DNA from: Vitrella brassicaformis CCMP3155
Lineage: Eukaryota > Protista > Chromerida
Length of the DNA: 64,000 nt
Reading direction: 5' to 3'
NCBI GenBank assembly: GCA_001179505.1
Contig: CDMY01000495.1
Coordinates: forward strand, 1,257 to 65,256
Positions 11,584-24,665 of this stretch are shown here, in pieces; the stretch's first letter is position 1, and each line of letters opens with the position of its first letter. The notes beneath the pieces were generated by a model. It had not been told where the DNA came from and did not search any database. It saw only the letters and a list, made by a program, of their open reading frames with translations. The position numbers were made by a program, and so were the translations under genes.

Positions 11584-12875
11584 TCACACAAACAGCCGCA
11601 GCGACGCCACCACGAGCTCGAACAGGCCGAGACCCAGCAGCTAACAGCCACACACCAAACACACAACAGTCACACATCATGTTTGAGTGCTGTCGCTCCC
11701 TTACCGAGGCCGCGTATGGCGCGTCATCGATGTCATACATCGATGACCAGTGCGTCGGGATCGTCGTAGCGACCTCCTGATTCATGACACAAATCTGCGG
11801 CGAGATGCATTGTCAGTGATCATGGTACCTTGATCACGGCCGCCGTGTGTACGAGGCAAAACAACACCGACACCGCATCAGCTCCTGCATCAATGACACA
11901 AAAGTGACACTAATCACAAGCAGTGATGGATCCGAACCTGTGATGGATGTGGTGATGATGGCACCTCTGCAGAGGGCCAGGCAGGCACCGACAGCCAGCT
12001 GCTGGACGACAGTGGTATCCAGAGCGTGTGATCTGCACAGAGACAGACACACATGACAGAAGATGTGTGTGTATCGAATTTTTACGTCAGCGAGGCTGCA
12101 GCCCAAACGATGATCTTGAGCAGCATGCTGGTGATGGGTGTGACCGTCTGCCCGAACAGCAGCGATGCAGCAGCCGCCAGCGTCGACAGACAGACACTCA
12201 CAAGTGTCAGCACCAGGATTTTGACTCTCCACTGCCCGAATACGGCAGGCGGCACCATTGTGTGCGAAACAGCTGTTGATTGACTTTGACTGGTGGATTG
12301 TTCTTTGTTTGTCGGTCTTTCTTACGAGATTGCCTCTTTGTCTGTATACAAGAATCACTCATACACATTGCATCCATACTAATCAAGACAGAATCGAACG
12401 TTGCTATGCGTCAAATCAACACAATGTGTCTTATCTACTTATTCACACGTGCACACCACTACGTCGAAAGTACCGGCCGTCTGTCAGGGCAGGCTCAGCG
12501 GACTCTTCGTGCCGTTCGATGAACTCGCAGACGTTGGTGTGCCCGCTGCCGTGTCGTCTTTCTTCGCCGCTGTCGGTACATCCAGCAGGGAGATGATCCA
12601 ATCGACGGCCGCCACCACGTATGCGTTGGTCTCCTTGTCGCCGTCTGGCTGCATTGCCCCGTATCTCACCAGCATAGCGCGGAGCGTCGTCCACGCACCA
12701 TAGGAAACGCTGACATGGAAACAAATAGATGAATCATAGGACGGCAGGCGCATCTCCCTCAGTCCGCTCACCTTGTGATCTGATTCTGTGTAATGAGTGC
12801 GAAGAGAGAGGTTGCCGTGGCGATGAGTGCTGGGATCTTCCACGGGATAAGCAACAGGATGAGGTTGGCCGACAT
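11584..12875 (-). CDS. Hypothetical multi-pass membrane protein (may be two fragments)
   Basis: Phase-compatible exons encode hydrophobic segments (ILVLTLVSVCLSTLAAAASLLF, AVSVLFCLVHTAAVI, LLGLGLFELVVASLRLFV*). The join across about 12274-12502 relies on an atypical intron. Confidence 0.45.
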
Positions 12876-12883
12876 CAGAACAT

Positions 12884-12917
12884 AGCGGCCTTATGGCGGG
12901 AGAGCGGCCTTATGGCG
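12884..12917 (+). repeat. 15-bp direct repeat AGCGGCCTTATGGCG x2
   Basis: Copies at 12884-12898 and 12903-12917. Confidence 0.9.
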
Positions 12918-12958
12918 TTCTCCTCATCCCCATCTCGTTCGGCCTGGAGTCGACAAAC

Positions 12959-14169
12959 ATGACCACCACACGAGCCAACACGACTGGAGGTTGCCCTTTC
13001 CCTCCCATCCTTGGTGCTGTCAAGACCAGTGGCAAAAACGGCAAGCTGTCGACGGGCTCTTCGGCATCTGCCGCGTCCGCTAGTCATGAGAAGGGTGGTG
13101 TGCACAGCCACCATGACGACCACCAGATGGCAGATGAGGACGATGACGGCGATGTCTGTGTCCACATGGACACTGACCCACCTCCGTCGTCTCTCGCGGC
13201 GGATTTGCCACGGTTCTGCCCGGAGCTTAAGTCTTGGATCGAGCGGGTGCGGCCACGATTCACCGACATCAACGATCGCGTCCTTCGGTCGGACGGCTGG
13301 CAGCAGCGCCACCATTCACCCGCTGATATGGAGGCGTACCTGCGTACTGAGCTGGCTTCGGTGTATGGTGGCTGGTCAGGGCGGATCAGGCCGGGCAAAA
13401 AAATGTGGTTTGCTGCCGGGCTGGGGTTGTCGGTAGAGGCATATATGCCGGCGGTGATGGGCACGTCTGCCGACCCAGACGAACAGTGCAAAGGTACGGC
13501 AACGAACAGAGCAGGTCCTCACCAGTATGAACACTCGGTTTGCCATTCTGTTGGTCTGTCAGAAATGGCGGCTGTGTTTCACCAGCTCACTTCCCAGTCG
13601 TACGACGCCTGTATCGACCGCAAGATGGAGGTGCCCGACACCAGCCACCACGGGCCACAAACCTATCTAATCGCTTTCATCCCCGCGGCCGCGGCGTTCG
13701 CCGATCATTTGACACGCCGGCTGTTCCTTTATGATGGCGTCGAGTCCGACTGGATCCCCCTACGATGGTTTTACGGATCCAGCGCTCATGAGAGGCTCCG
13801 GGCGACTTGGTGCGACCCTTATGGAGCCTTACTGCATGTGGATGGCGCAGGGAGGTTCCATGAGCGCCGCCGCCACACCATAGCGTCAGTCCGAAAGTAT
13901 TCTTACATGGCGACTTCGGAGGAGCCTGTGCGTCACATTGAGACGGCCCGGTGCACCGAGGGCACGCCTGAAGAGGCCAAGGGAGAATGCACTAAGACAG
14001 AGTCTGACTTTCAGCAAGCGGGATTCGCCGGCAACCGTCTGGCCTCCTTGCAGTCAATTGCCCACGAACACCCGCTACTTGCGCAGATGGACAACACGGG
14101 CTACACCTATGTGAATCTGGTCAGCAACGGCCAAACACACAGCCACACATCCCGCCAAACACACAGACA

Positions 14170-14201
<32 letters not shown>

Positions 14202-15078
14202 TTTGGCTGAGTGTATGCATCGGCCTTGTTGTGTGTGTTTGTTTGTTTGTCTGTGTCTATTCCGTTCTCAGAAATTGGAATCGGGGGATCAAGACTTAGG
14301 TGGAGAAGCGAACATGAAGAAGGTTCTGGACAGCACACATGTGGAAGCGGCAAGAAATCTCGTTGGCGAGCTGAACCGGGTTGCGGCCGGTTTCGGTTCG
14401 ACGGGACTTCTGGCGCCCTGCAACACCTGCCGCCATTGGAGATTGCTGTCGCGCTTCATGAACAACAGAGACGGCACAACCCCCCTCACTCTGCTGGACG
14501 GCCACCTACTTCTTCACTCATCCGTCTTGTCGGACGTGCACGACATTGCCGACGTTCACGCCCACTTAGCCAGCCACCTACACTGGCGTGTGAGTGCCCA
14601 TGCGGTCATGCACGAGCGCCTGGCGTCCAGCTACGGCCCGGCTCTCCTGATCTTCAATCCCCAGCTGAAGACGCACAAGACAGAAGAAGTCATGGAGAAT
14701 CTCTACGAGCCGTGGGGGAAACTCCTACTGGCCGCCACAGGGGTGGAGCAGTCCACCAAACCCCACCATGCGCGTGGCTACTGTGTGACAGCAGGCCGGC
14801 CGGACGTCAGCGGCAATCCCCGCCTCGTCACTCTGTCAATGGCCCCCCTCAAAGGCGAGTCCCCTCTGTACCGGCTCTATGTCCTCGACATCACCAACAC
14901 GCAGATTTGGCTGGCAGCGCGCATCGCGGGGAAGGCGTGGCAGCGGAGCAAGAAAGAGCACTTCAAGACCTTCGCAAAGGAGTGGCGGCGCATTGAGGGA
15001 GTGTCGAAGCTGTGTGTAGTGCTGAAAGAGCGATGTGTCTGGATCAGGTCATACTTTAGGCGAGCAGATGTGTCGTGA
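12959..15078 (+). CDS. Hypothetical protein, about 660-680 aa, single intron (14120-14271); start at 12893 or 12959
   Basis: ORFs 12893..14299 and 14203..15078 join in phase 0 via CTG|gtcagc...ctcag|AAA; no domain recognised. Confidence 0.7.
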
Positions 15079-15578
15079 TCCCGCCCGAGATGCTGCCGGC
15101 ACAAGTGCAGGGCCCGCAGCAAACATGACTGACTGTGTGGTGGATGGATGTCACTGAGGCAGCCATTGATTGAGCCACATGACATGACAGAGACACGAAA
15201 CAAGAAATGGCAATCAAGATGTGTAACTGAGCCTCAATCGTTGAATCCGTCAGTGTTGCCATGCTCGTGTCTCATCAAAACATGGATACGTTCATGTAGC
15301 ATGCATACGACATCAAGAGGCATACAAAAGAAGCCACGTTCGTTTCTCTCTGTGTATGCGATTCTGTCTGTCTGTCCGTCCGGCTGTCTGTCTGTCTTGT
15401 TGCCTTCTCGCCTGTGTGTCTCTGCCCGTAGTGCTCATCACAAATGAAGGCTCAGCCGCCACACACACATCCTGACACAACTGCAGCGCACCAGCACATC
15501 CATGCGATGCTTAAGGACAGAGCATGTGATCAGTGCCCTCCCATCTGCAGCGAGTGCCTTACGTGATGCTTTGTATGT

Positions 15579-18555
15579 TCAGTTGAACACTCTGGTGAAG
15601 ACGGCCGTCAGGGCGTCGCACACTAGCGTGTGGCTGAAGCCCGTCAGGATGCGGCGCCTGGGGCGAGGAGGAGGACCGGCCGGCTGAGCTGCAGGGGCAC
15701 CAGCACCCGCAGCAGCGGCAGCAGCGCTGGGGACAGCTGCATCGATGGCCATCTCGTCCTCATCCACATGCACGTAGCAGCGAATCTGACGGCCGGTGGC
15801 ACAACAATGCAATCAACGGTTCACATGGCGGCAGAGGGAAGCATTTCTGTGTCCAGCTTACGCCGTCGAGTATCTTCTTGTGGCGGCTGGCGTGTGTCTG
15901 CATACTCTGGGCGAGCGACCGGATGTGGGGCTGCGGGAGGGCCTCCAGAGCGGGCTTCACGAGCGACAGAGTGCGTGCCTCACCCACCAGGGCCGACACG
16001 GATGCGATGACCTCGACGGCACGCGCCACGTCAAACGGCACCAGAGCACTCTTCAACGACTGAAACCGACAGAGGCGGGCAACCCACACACCCACATGTC
16101 GCATCACACGCACACGGGATCGCATACCTCTTTGATGATTGACGTGACGTCTTTGGTCTGCAGTTTAGCTGCCCGCACCCAGCCGTTGACTACACGAGCG
16201 AAGGCCAGATGCACCACGTACTTGGGTGCGTTGGCCTCCGACAGACGGTGTGCGAACCGCCGGAAAGACAGGTCGGACTCGAAGCTCATGAGCGCCCACC
16301 AGCTCTCCACGTAGGCCTGGATGGAGCGGGGCAGCTGGAAGTTGTGGGCGTCGAGCAGACGAGGAGGGTGAGGTGACGGGCCAGGGGCAGGGGGGGCTGG
16401 ATGGTGTGGAGGAGGGGGGACAGCGGGGGGCTGTCGGCTGTTGTGTTTGTTGGCCTCGTACTCGTTGAGCCACTCCAGGAGCTCCCTGGCGAACGCACGC
16501 GACAACACCTTATGCACCTTCTGGAACTGACAGAGGAGGTAAGGAAAAGAGGGACACAAGGGGCATTGTCATCTAAGGCTGCTCGGTGTGTGTCTTTGCT
16601 TACCCGTTGCTGTGTGTGGTTGGTCAGCTCTGAGTGGTGCCATTCCAGCACTTGAAACGCATCCATCTGGGGGTCGCGGAGAAACTGACACACACAACAA
16701 GGGGATGCAGCCGACAATGCATCAGTGCTCCTCCTCGCTGTCCTTGCGTATCGCCTGGCTTACTGCGTCGACGATTTTGCGCTTCGGCTCGAGGTCTGTG
16801 TGTGCGATCTGGATGGTGTCTTTGTAGGCTTCCCACATCTCCCTTGGGTAATCCCTGCCCCGGTTACCGCCACCGTCCACAACTGAAAGGGAAAATACAG
16901 CACCGACATTTGCGCCATGCGTGACTCTTCTGTGTGTGCTGTTTCTGCGGTATTGCCTTTTCGCACCTTCCTCAATGATGAGCTCGTCGAGATCGTCGCG
17001 TGCACCGGCGGACGCCCCTCCAGCCGCTGCGGAAGCAGCCACCGCTGCCCCGACACGCTTATTCGCCTTGTTCGCCTTGTTGACGGCCGCCGCCTGCTCC
17101 TCCAGCACCTATAACACACCAGCTGGCACTACGTATAGCCCTGCGCACCCCTGCACACCCACGTACCTTCTTGGCCCATCTCTCGATGCAGTTCAGGGCG
17201 AACCTGTTGGGGCGAAGATCCTCCTCTCGCAGTGGCTGCTGTGTCAGTGGCGACTTGGCGTGTGGGGCGGCGGCGGCACGGATGTGCTTGCGGAGGGGCG
17301 ACAGGTCATAGCAGTTGCCTGCACGAACAGACGGACCACAGGATGGGATGGCTCCTTAGGTGAGAATCCATCCTCTTGTTATGTGTTGGGTGTCACCTGA
17401 AGGCCTGATGACTGGCGTTCTTGGGACTGTGAGTGCGAGAGGGCAACGCAGCAAATCTATCTCTGGGAAGGCATCGTCAGGAACTGCACCACAACATTCA
17501 CCAAACGCACCACCCATCGCCCCTTCCTTGAATGTGTCCTGTGGTGAGTTGCAAACATCCATCAGCGCCCACCTTTGTCGAGGACCTCAGCGATGAGTTT
17601 GGCGTCAACGGAGGGGAAGCCTTCCTTCTGTACGCGAGGGTTGCGGATGGGAGCAGGTGTGGGGTTGTGAGCGGGACGGGGAGGAACATGACGAGCGTTG
17701 GCAGCCTGCAGCGGGTGGCGGATGTTGTCAATCTGGCGAGGGGCGGGGTTGGCAGGCTGCATCTGGCCAAAGAACGCGTTGAGCGACGGTTGGCGAGGGG
17801 AATGGGGTGGAGGGCTCGGTCTGACGATCCAATGCTGCCGCTGCCGCTGCCGCTGCTGTGGCTGAGGACTGTTGACGTCGCCGTAAGCCTCCATAATAAC
17901 TCGAGCAAAGGAGCCCGTCAGTCTGTAAACTGGCTTTGTCGGGGCCCCGGCCAGGAAAAGCTGGGGGTAGAGAGGTGCCTGCCTGAGGTCATTCATTTAT
18001 GCAGCATTGCATTCATTGATCTGATCACATACATACAGAGAGATGCACATCGGTCGGTCGGGAGTGAGACTACATGCACGGCACGCACATAGCAAAAGGA
18101 CGGCACGCACGAAACGCACCAGAGAGCAAAGTAGGTAGGCAATTAAGGAACCAAGGGAGAGGGAGGGAAGGAATGCATTCACTCGATTGGCTGACCGTTC
18201 GTCTCAGTTCCTTCCTGACCTGAACGCCTGAACGCCTGCCTTTCGATCTTAATTCACTGTGTCAAGCTTCTTTCACTGCACACATCTGTGGCTGGCTGCA
18301 CTTGAAACCGACGTACGTCTTGCAGCCCTTGTCCCACGCGCGGCTGTCACCGTCGCCACTGTGAAGGCGGAAAGGGAGCCTGAGAGCTTCAGGTTCCTCC
18401 TCGACCTTCACACTGACCACATGACAATAAGCGCACAAGACGTAGGCTGGATGTGGCCAATCAATCGGGCCCGCCTGCCTTCGGTCAGTGAGTGCTGGTT
18501 CCTCGGCAGACAGATATGGAAAATCGCAGGCGACGCCAGGCCGCCAATACGCCAT
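15579..18555 (-). CDS. U-box domain protein (putative E3 ligase) with an N-terminal Cys/His segment
   Basis: Spliced LLRCPLALTVPRTPVIRPS-GNCYDL..KSPLTQQPLREEDLRPN matches the U-box pattern; upstream exon 18317-18555 joins in phase 2 (AC|gtacgt...ctcag|G). Confidence 0.75.
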
Positions 18556-18727
18556 GCCACACCACAACACACCACAGCACGACACACACAGCCATCCATC
18601 CAGCCACCATCAATCGTTAAAAGACAGTCAGTCCACAGTTAGTCACTCACTCCATCACACAATTACTCAGCCACTCCACGCACACACCCTACGCAGCAGC
18701 TGGCCGTCTGGTCAGTGGCGCCTTCCT

Positions 18728-18937
18728 TCACCAGTCCTCCCCATTGCCCCCGCCGCCGCCGCCGGCGCCGCCATTGCCGCGTTTGTTGTCTTCTGGGTCG
18801 TCCCACGTGTCGTCGTCCACACCGCCCGGAGGGAACTCGCCGAACCCGATGGGCGGGATGCCGCGGCCCCGGCCGCCACGACCGCCACGGAACGGCATGT
18901 CGCTGCCGCGGAAACCACCACGACCCTGACGCACACA

Positions 18938-18974
<37 letters not shown>

Positions 18975-20456
18975 TGGTCTGGCCTGTGGATGGGGATCTT
19001 GCTTGTAGTGTCTGGTGTGCGTGTTGCGTACCCTCATTCCTCGTCCGCCCCTGCCTCCGCCTCCCCTGCCGCCCCGGTTGGCATCGTATTCGTTGTCCAT
19101 GCCGCCGCCGCCCCCCTGGTAGCCACCGCCCCTCATGCCGCCCCTCCCACCACCACCTCGAGGGCCCATGGCGCCCCGACCACCCATCCCCCCTCCGCGT
19201 GGGGGCGGTGCCGTCGGGCGCCTCATGACGGCGCGGAACCTGCGGCCTTGGAAGAAGACGCCCTTTTCGAGGAGGGCCTTGACGGTCTCGTGTTTGTCGA
19301 GCTCGATTATGAGCCCGCCGTTGACCTCAGGGTAGGCCTTGGTGCACACGCCCTTGCCGTTGAGCTGAGTCGTGATGGCCTTCTTGACCTCCTCCTGGGT
19401 CATGCCGCCCGGCAGCCGCTCGATCCACACCTCCTTGGTCTGCTCCAAACCGTCGTCGGCAGCCGCCCCGCTCGACGTGGGCGGCAGGGCGTACCCCACC
19501 TGCTTGGGCGGCGGCACCTTGCCCATGCCCGTTGTCACCTTGCCCGCCCAGCTCTCGGGGTCGGGCGGGATGACCGGGAACTCCTCCTCGCCGGACCCCT
19601 GCTTGGCCACCGAGGGGCGCTTGGGAGGGGGCGGGTTGGGGCCGCCCGAGGGAGTCACCATCGCACCGCGACCCACCGGACGCTGCACATGGTTGTTCTC
19701 CGCGGGACGAGAATCTGACAGACAGACAGGTAAGTGTGTAAGGGGGACAGACACACCGACCGACAGATATGGACAAATCGCCTGTGCCTGTGACGTCCTC
19801 CCCTTCTTTCTCTGTGACCAAGATCTATCTTACCAGCATTGACGTGACGCAGCCCCCCTCCAGCTTGGGCAGCCGCCATGGGCGTCCCAACGTCGACCGT
19901 CCCGTTGTTGGTCTGCTGCAGCTGCTTGTTCAAATCAGCCATGGTCTTCTCGGTTGGGGGCACCGGCACGGGCGCCTGCGGCCTCACGTAGTCGTTGCCC
20001 TGCTGCTGCGCCTGCTGTGCGGCCAACGGGGCGATGGGCTGCGGCTCGTTGGGCGTGGTGGCTGGGTGCTGGCCGTTGGCGGGCTGCTCCTTGGCTTGGA
20101 AGACGTCGTCATCGGACTGGAGGAAGCAGAACCAGTCGTTGTGGACGTACCATGAGGTGCTCTGGTTGAAGTCGCTGCTGTTGAGGATGACCATCTGGAC
20201 GAACCGCTTGGCCTCGAGGCTGTCGTCGTTGGACCACATGACGCCCGTGAGGTTGATGACGACGTACCGCGAGTGGCGCGAGTCGGCGTGCTGCGCGTTG
20301 AAGGTCTTGATGGTCGTCTTGACGTGGCTCTTCAGGAACCCGTCACACATGATCAGGTCGTTGATCTCCTTCTGACCCCTCGCCGTGCGCGTGTCGCCGC
20401 CCGAATTCTCGACCGTCCTCTCCATCGTCGACTCGGTCTTGTAGAACTGACCAACA

Positions 20457-20495
<39 letters not shown>

Positions 20496-20667
20496 TGACA
20501 GCGAATCCCATGGCGTGTGTCGAACTGTTGATGCGGACCGCGTGTCCACACATGCACGACCCCTCCGGCCCACCCACCTTGTATATCTCCTCAGGCCGCT
20601 CATTCATGGTGCTGTAGTAGGCCTTCAAGAACTCCTCAGCGATAAACTGGACGCTCGGCGTGTCCAT
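18728..20667 (-). CDS. G3BP: G3BP/Rasputin-like protein (NTF2 + Pro-rich + RRM + RGG)
   Basis: NTF2-like FIAEEFLKAYYSTM..FYK..RFVQMVIL..WYVHNDWF; RRM EVWIERLPGGMTQEEV..GGLIIEL; C-terminal RGG repeats. Confidence 0.88.
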
Positions 20668-20802
20668 CTCGGCTCCACCTCAATCGGGACGTGACGCAGC
20701 AATATCGACGAGAAAATGGAAGAGATCTGAGACGGACGGATGAAGATCAGCGCTGCTTGTGCCTCCGCGAAGCACCAAAGCAGCAGCGGCTCCCGAGAGG
20801 CA

Positions 20803-20810
20803 TGCGAGCT
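20803..20810 (-). promoter_or_regulatory. AGCTCGCA motif in the G3BP/TMEM43 spacer
   Basis: TGCGAGCTAAG is the reverse complement of CTTAGCTCGCA, an 11-mer identical to 2973-2983. Confidence 0.5.
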
Positions 20811-20869
20811 AAGAGATCGCCAACCCTCCTCGCTTTAGTTTCGCCTCAAGAGGCTTTGGAATCGAAAGT

Positions 20870-21651
20870 ATGGCTGGCATCGGCAAGTTCTTCGGGTTTG
20901 GTGAAAGAGAGTACGATTACGGGCCGAACGTGGAAGTGGAGAGTTCGTCCTTCCTCGAGAGGCTCGGCAATGCATGCGTCGGCCTGTGCATCGGCATCGT
21001 CCTCTTCTTCGTGAGCTTCGGCCTCCTGGGATGGAACGAGGAGAGGTACATGCAGATGATAGCTAGCGCACCCACCGCAGTCAGCGGACACGACACAGGG
21101 GTGGAGGGATGGATAGATGGCCATGGTGTTTCTCTCTCTGTGTAGGTATATCAAGACGTGGATGGCACTCGACAACGGCCGCGACGCCTACACGACAGTA
21201 AGCAGGAAATGAATGACTGACTGACGGGCGAGGAAGGTGTTTGCTGTGATTACATGCACTCACTGGTTGGCTGCCTCATTTCTTTCTGTGGCTGGGGTGC
21301 ACTGACTGCATCAGGCTGAGTGCCAACCGGTGGACAATTCTCTCACGGGCAAACTCGTCCACATCGTAAGCACACCACAGCCACTGGCAGGCAACACACT
21401 CGTGGACTGTGATGCGCGTGTGTGGGTGTGGGTGTGTGCCTCCTTCCGTCCAACGCTCCATCCGTCCGTCCGCCAGTCATGCGATCTGGAGAACATGCAC
21501 ACGTTCTCACTGCCGGAGTTCAAGGAGAACCTCGCCGACTTCACTGGCATCTTCCTGGAGATCTATGCGGAAATGTACCAGGTGGGTGGGTCTGCCATGT
21601 CTGTATGTCAACACACACACGTCACGCCTGCTCGTCCGCACATTCGTTGTA

Positions 21652-21695
<44 letters not shown>

Positions 21696-23178
21696 GGGAG
21701 GAGCAGAAGGAGACCGAGACCAAGAAGGATAAGCTGGGTGGGGGCACCCAGACCATCACGCGCTACCACTACCGCGAGTCGTGGTCGCCGACCATACGGG
21801 ACTCGACCTTCTTCTACAACAAGGACTACAAGAACCCTCCATCCTTCCCGGCACTGCCTGAAGCAAGACAGGCAAGATGAACAGACGACAAACATGCGCC
21901 TTCATATGTGAGGGTGTTTGCCTGTCTGTCTGTCTGTTGTGTGTGTGCAGGTGGCGCCCGACCTCCGTGCAGGCTCCTACAAGCTGACGTATGACCAGAC
22001 GAACCGCTTCTCGAGTCGGGAGGAGCTGACCTTGCTGGAGGACAGAGACTACACGGCGTCCAGCACGCGGCCGCCCCCCACCGTGACGGCAGCCAACACA
22101 CAGCTCTACAACGACATGCTCTGGACAGGCGACCCATTCAACCCACAAGTCGGTGTGTGTGGGGTGGCCTGGAGGGGAGGAAACTGTCTGTGTTGACTGG
22201 GGTTGGGTGCCTCTCATGTGTGTGTGTGTGTGTGATTGTGTGTGGCAGATCGGTGATGTGCGCGTCAAGTTCTATGGGTCGACGGCCACTTCGTGCTCGG
22301 TGGTGGCGCAGCTCACTTCTGACGGCTCCTTTGAACCGTGGCCTTCACCATACGGTGGGCACAGAGCAGACACGCACCCACACACACACACATTCGGATG
22401 TCTTCATCCGTGTGTTGTGTTGTGTCATGTGTGGCCACGTAGATTCTGACTATACGGTGAATCTGTTCGAGGAGGGTAAGGTGTCTGGCGGGACCATGTT
22501 CGACCACGCCGAGCAGGAGAACACCTTCCTCATGTGGATGCTCAGGCTGCTCGGATTCCTGTGCATGTGGTCCGTCACACATCACAGACAGACAGACAGA
22601 AGAGACGGGGACCCTTGATGTATCTCTGTCTGTCTGTGTTGGCAGGATGGGCCTGCAGATGTTCTTCGGGCCACTGGCCATCGTGCCTGACATCATCCCG
22701 TGTGTCGGCCCTTACCTGGGCGACATGGTACGCATCCACTGGCCAATCGATGGAGGAGGAAGGTCCTTGATGCGATGCGATCGTCTGTCTCACCACCTCT
22801 GTGTGTGCGCATCGACATGTCAGGTTGGGTGTCTGCTGTGTGCCGCCAACTGTCTGGTGGCGACCTTCCTCTCCCTCCTCACCATCGCAATCGCATGGGT
22901 CATGTACGCGCGCAGCAACAAAGGAGACACACACACACACACACACTCAGAGACAGAAAGGGGCAACCAATAAACAGCCATACGCATGCCCCCCCGGCAT
23001 GGTGTGCTGTGGCAGCGTGCGCCCGTGGGTGGGCATTCCGCTGCTCTGCGGCGCGCTGGTGGCGCTGGGTATCTTCATCGCTGTGAGGTGCATATGGGGT
23101 CGTCGGGAGGAGGAGGAGGAGGAGGACGATGGCATGACCAAGATACCCATGTACCAGATGCACCAACACGGATACTGA
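20870..23178 (+). CDS. TMEM43: TMEM43/LUMA family membrane protein
   Basis: SFLERL..GIVLFFVSFGLLGWNE, GKLVHI, EMYQWEE, WS..DSTFF..NP, QIGDVRVKF, MFDHAEQENT..WMLRLLGFL, four C-terminal TM helices. Confidence 0.92.
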
Positions 23179-23524
23179 CTGACTGGCTGAAGGGGGGAGG
23201 TCTTCGGGTGGATGAGCGGGCGCTTTTTGCGACAGACAGACAGACAGACAGACAGACAGAGACAGACTACTCAGCTAGAGAGTAGATAACCATCTGTAAG
23301 CTATTGACTTTGGTACGGGTGTGTCTGCATCACATCAGCTTCCTCGTGACAGCAAATGCATGCGCGGGTTTTGCGGACGCTCCTCTGCGTGGTTTTTCCC
23401 AGGGAGTCCTCACCTCCCGGACTTTGCCCTCTCCCTCAATGCATTCACCAACGCTGAACGGATTACCATATGCAAACAATCCGCCTCACCGCCGAGAGGG
23501 GTTTTTCGGAGGGTTTGCCGTCTT

Positions 23525-23824
23525 NNNNNNNNNNNNNNNNNNNNNNNNNNNNNNNNNNNNNNNNNNNNNNNNNNNNNNNNNNNNNNNNNNNNNNNNNNNN
23601 NNNNNNNNNNNNNNNNNNNNNNNNNNNNNNNNNNNNNNNNNNNNNNNNNNNNNNNNNNNNNNNNNNNNNNNNNNNNNNNNNNNNNNNNNNNNNNNNNNNN
23701 NNNNNNNNNNNNNNNNNNNNNNNNNNNNNNNNNNNNNNNNNNNNNNNNNNNNNNNNNNNNNNNNNNNNNNNNNNNNNNNNNNNNNNNNNNNNNNNNNNNN
23801 NNNNNNNNNNNNNNNNNNNNNNNN
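23525..23824. other. Assembly gap (300 N)
   Basis: N run followed by a poly-C tract. Confidence 1.
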
Positions 23825-23864
23825 CCCCCCCCCCCCCCCCAGTCTCTCTCGGAAGGGAAAGCCC

Positions 23865-24629
23865 ATGGCGAAGCTGACGGGTCCCGAGTTGTGTGAGGCG
23901 GAGCTCAAGAGCCTCCTGAAGCGAGACCGTAAGGTGTACTACACCACCCCGTCGCTCAACGACCAGCTGTACATCCACTACCGGGGATACAGACGCCTCC
24001 AGGCACTCGAGCCCTTCACCGGACTCAAAGTCCTCTACGCTGAGGGAAATGGTACAAGGCGGGACGGGGCGGCGTATCGATGGTCGTTCGTTGCATGCGG
24101 GGGAACGTCGAGATGGGTGGGTGTCTCATGCCGTCTCCCTTCTGCGTTTGTTTGTGTGTGTGTGTGTGTCAGGGTTTCGGAAGCTGGAGGGGCTGGATGA
24201 GTGCCAGAAGCTCCGCTGCCTGTGAGCTGGGGTGGCCAACCAGGGGACTCATGCTGTGTGTGTGTGTGTTTGTGTGTGTTTATGTGTGTCAGCTACGTGC
24301 AGGAGAACTGCATCGAGAAGATAGAGGGTGTGGACAAGCTCAAGGACCTCCACACCGTCAACCTCTCCAACAACTTCATCGAAACTATCGAGGGGCTCGG
24401 TATGCCTTGAAAGCGCACAGAGGGAGGGAGGGAGCGAGAGAGAGACAGCGCTTGTGTGCGTGCCGCTTTCTGTAAAAGGTGAGAATGGGAGTTTGGGTAC
24501 GCTGATCATCCAGAAGAACCGTGTGGGCACCAATGGCTTATCGGACGTCACCGAACTCAGAAACTACAAAGCCATCACGTACCTGTCTCACGCAATGCCC
24601 TCTGTCTTGTGTGTTGGTGTGACCTCCCG

Positions 24630-24665
<36 letters not shown>

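Noticed and set aside
12893-15078. Transposase or retroelement ORF
   Set aside because: No DDE, RT, tyrosine-recombinase or HUH motifs, terminal repeats or flanking target-site duplication were seen; kept only as an orphan gene.
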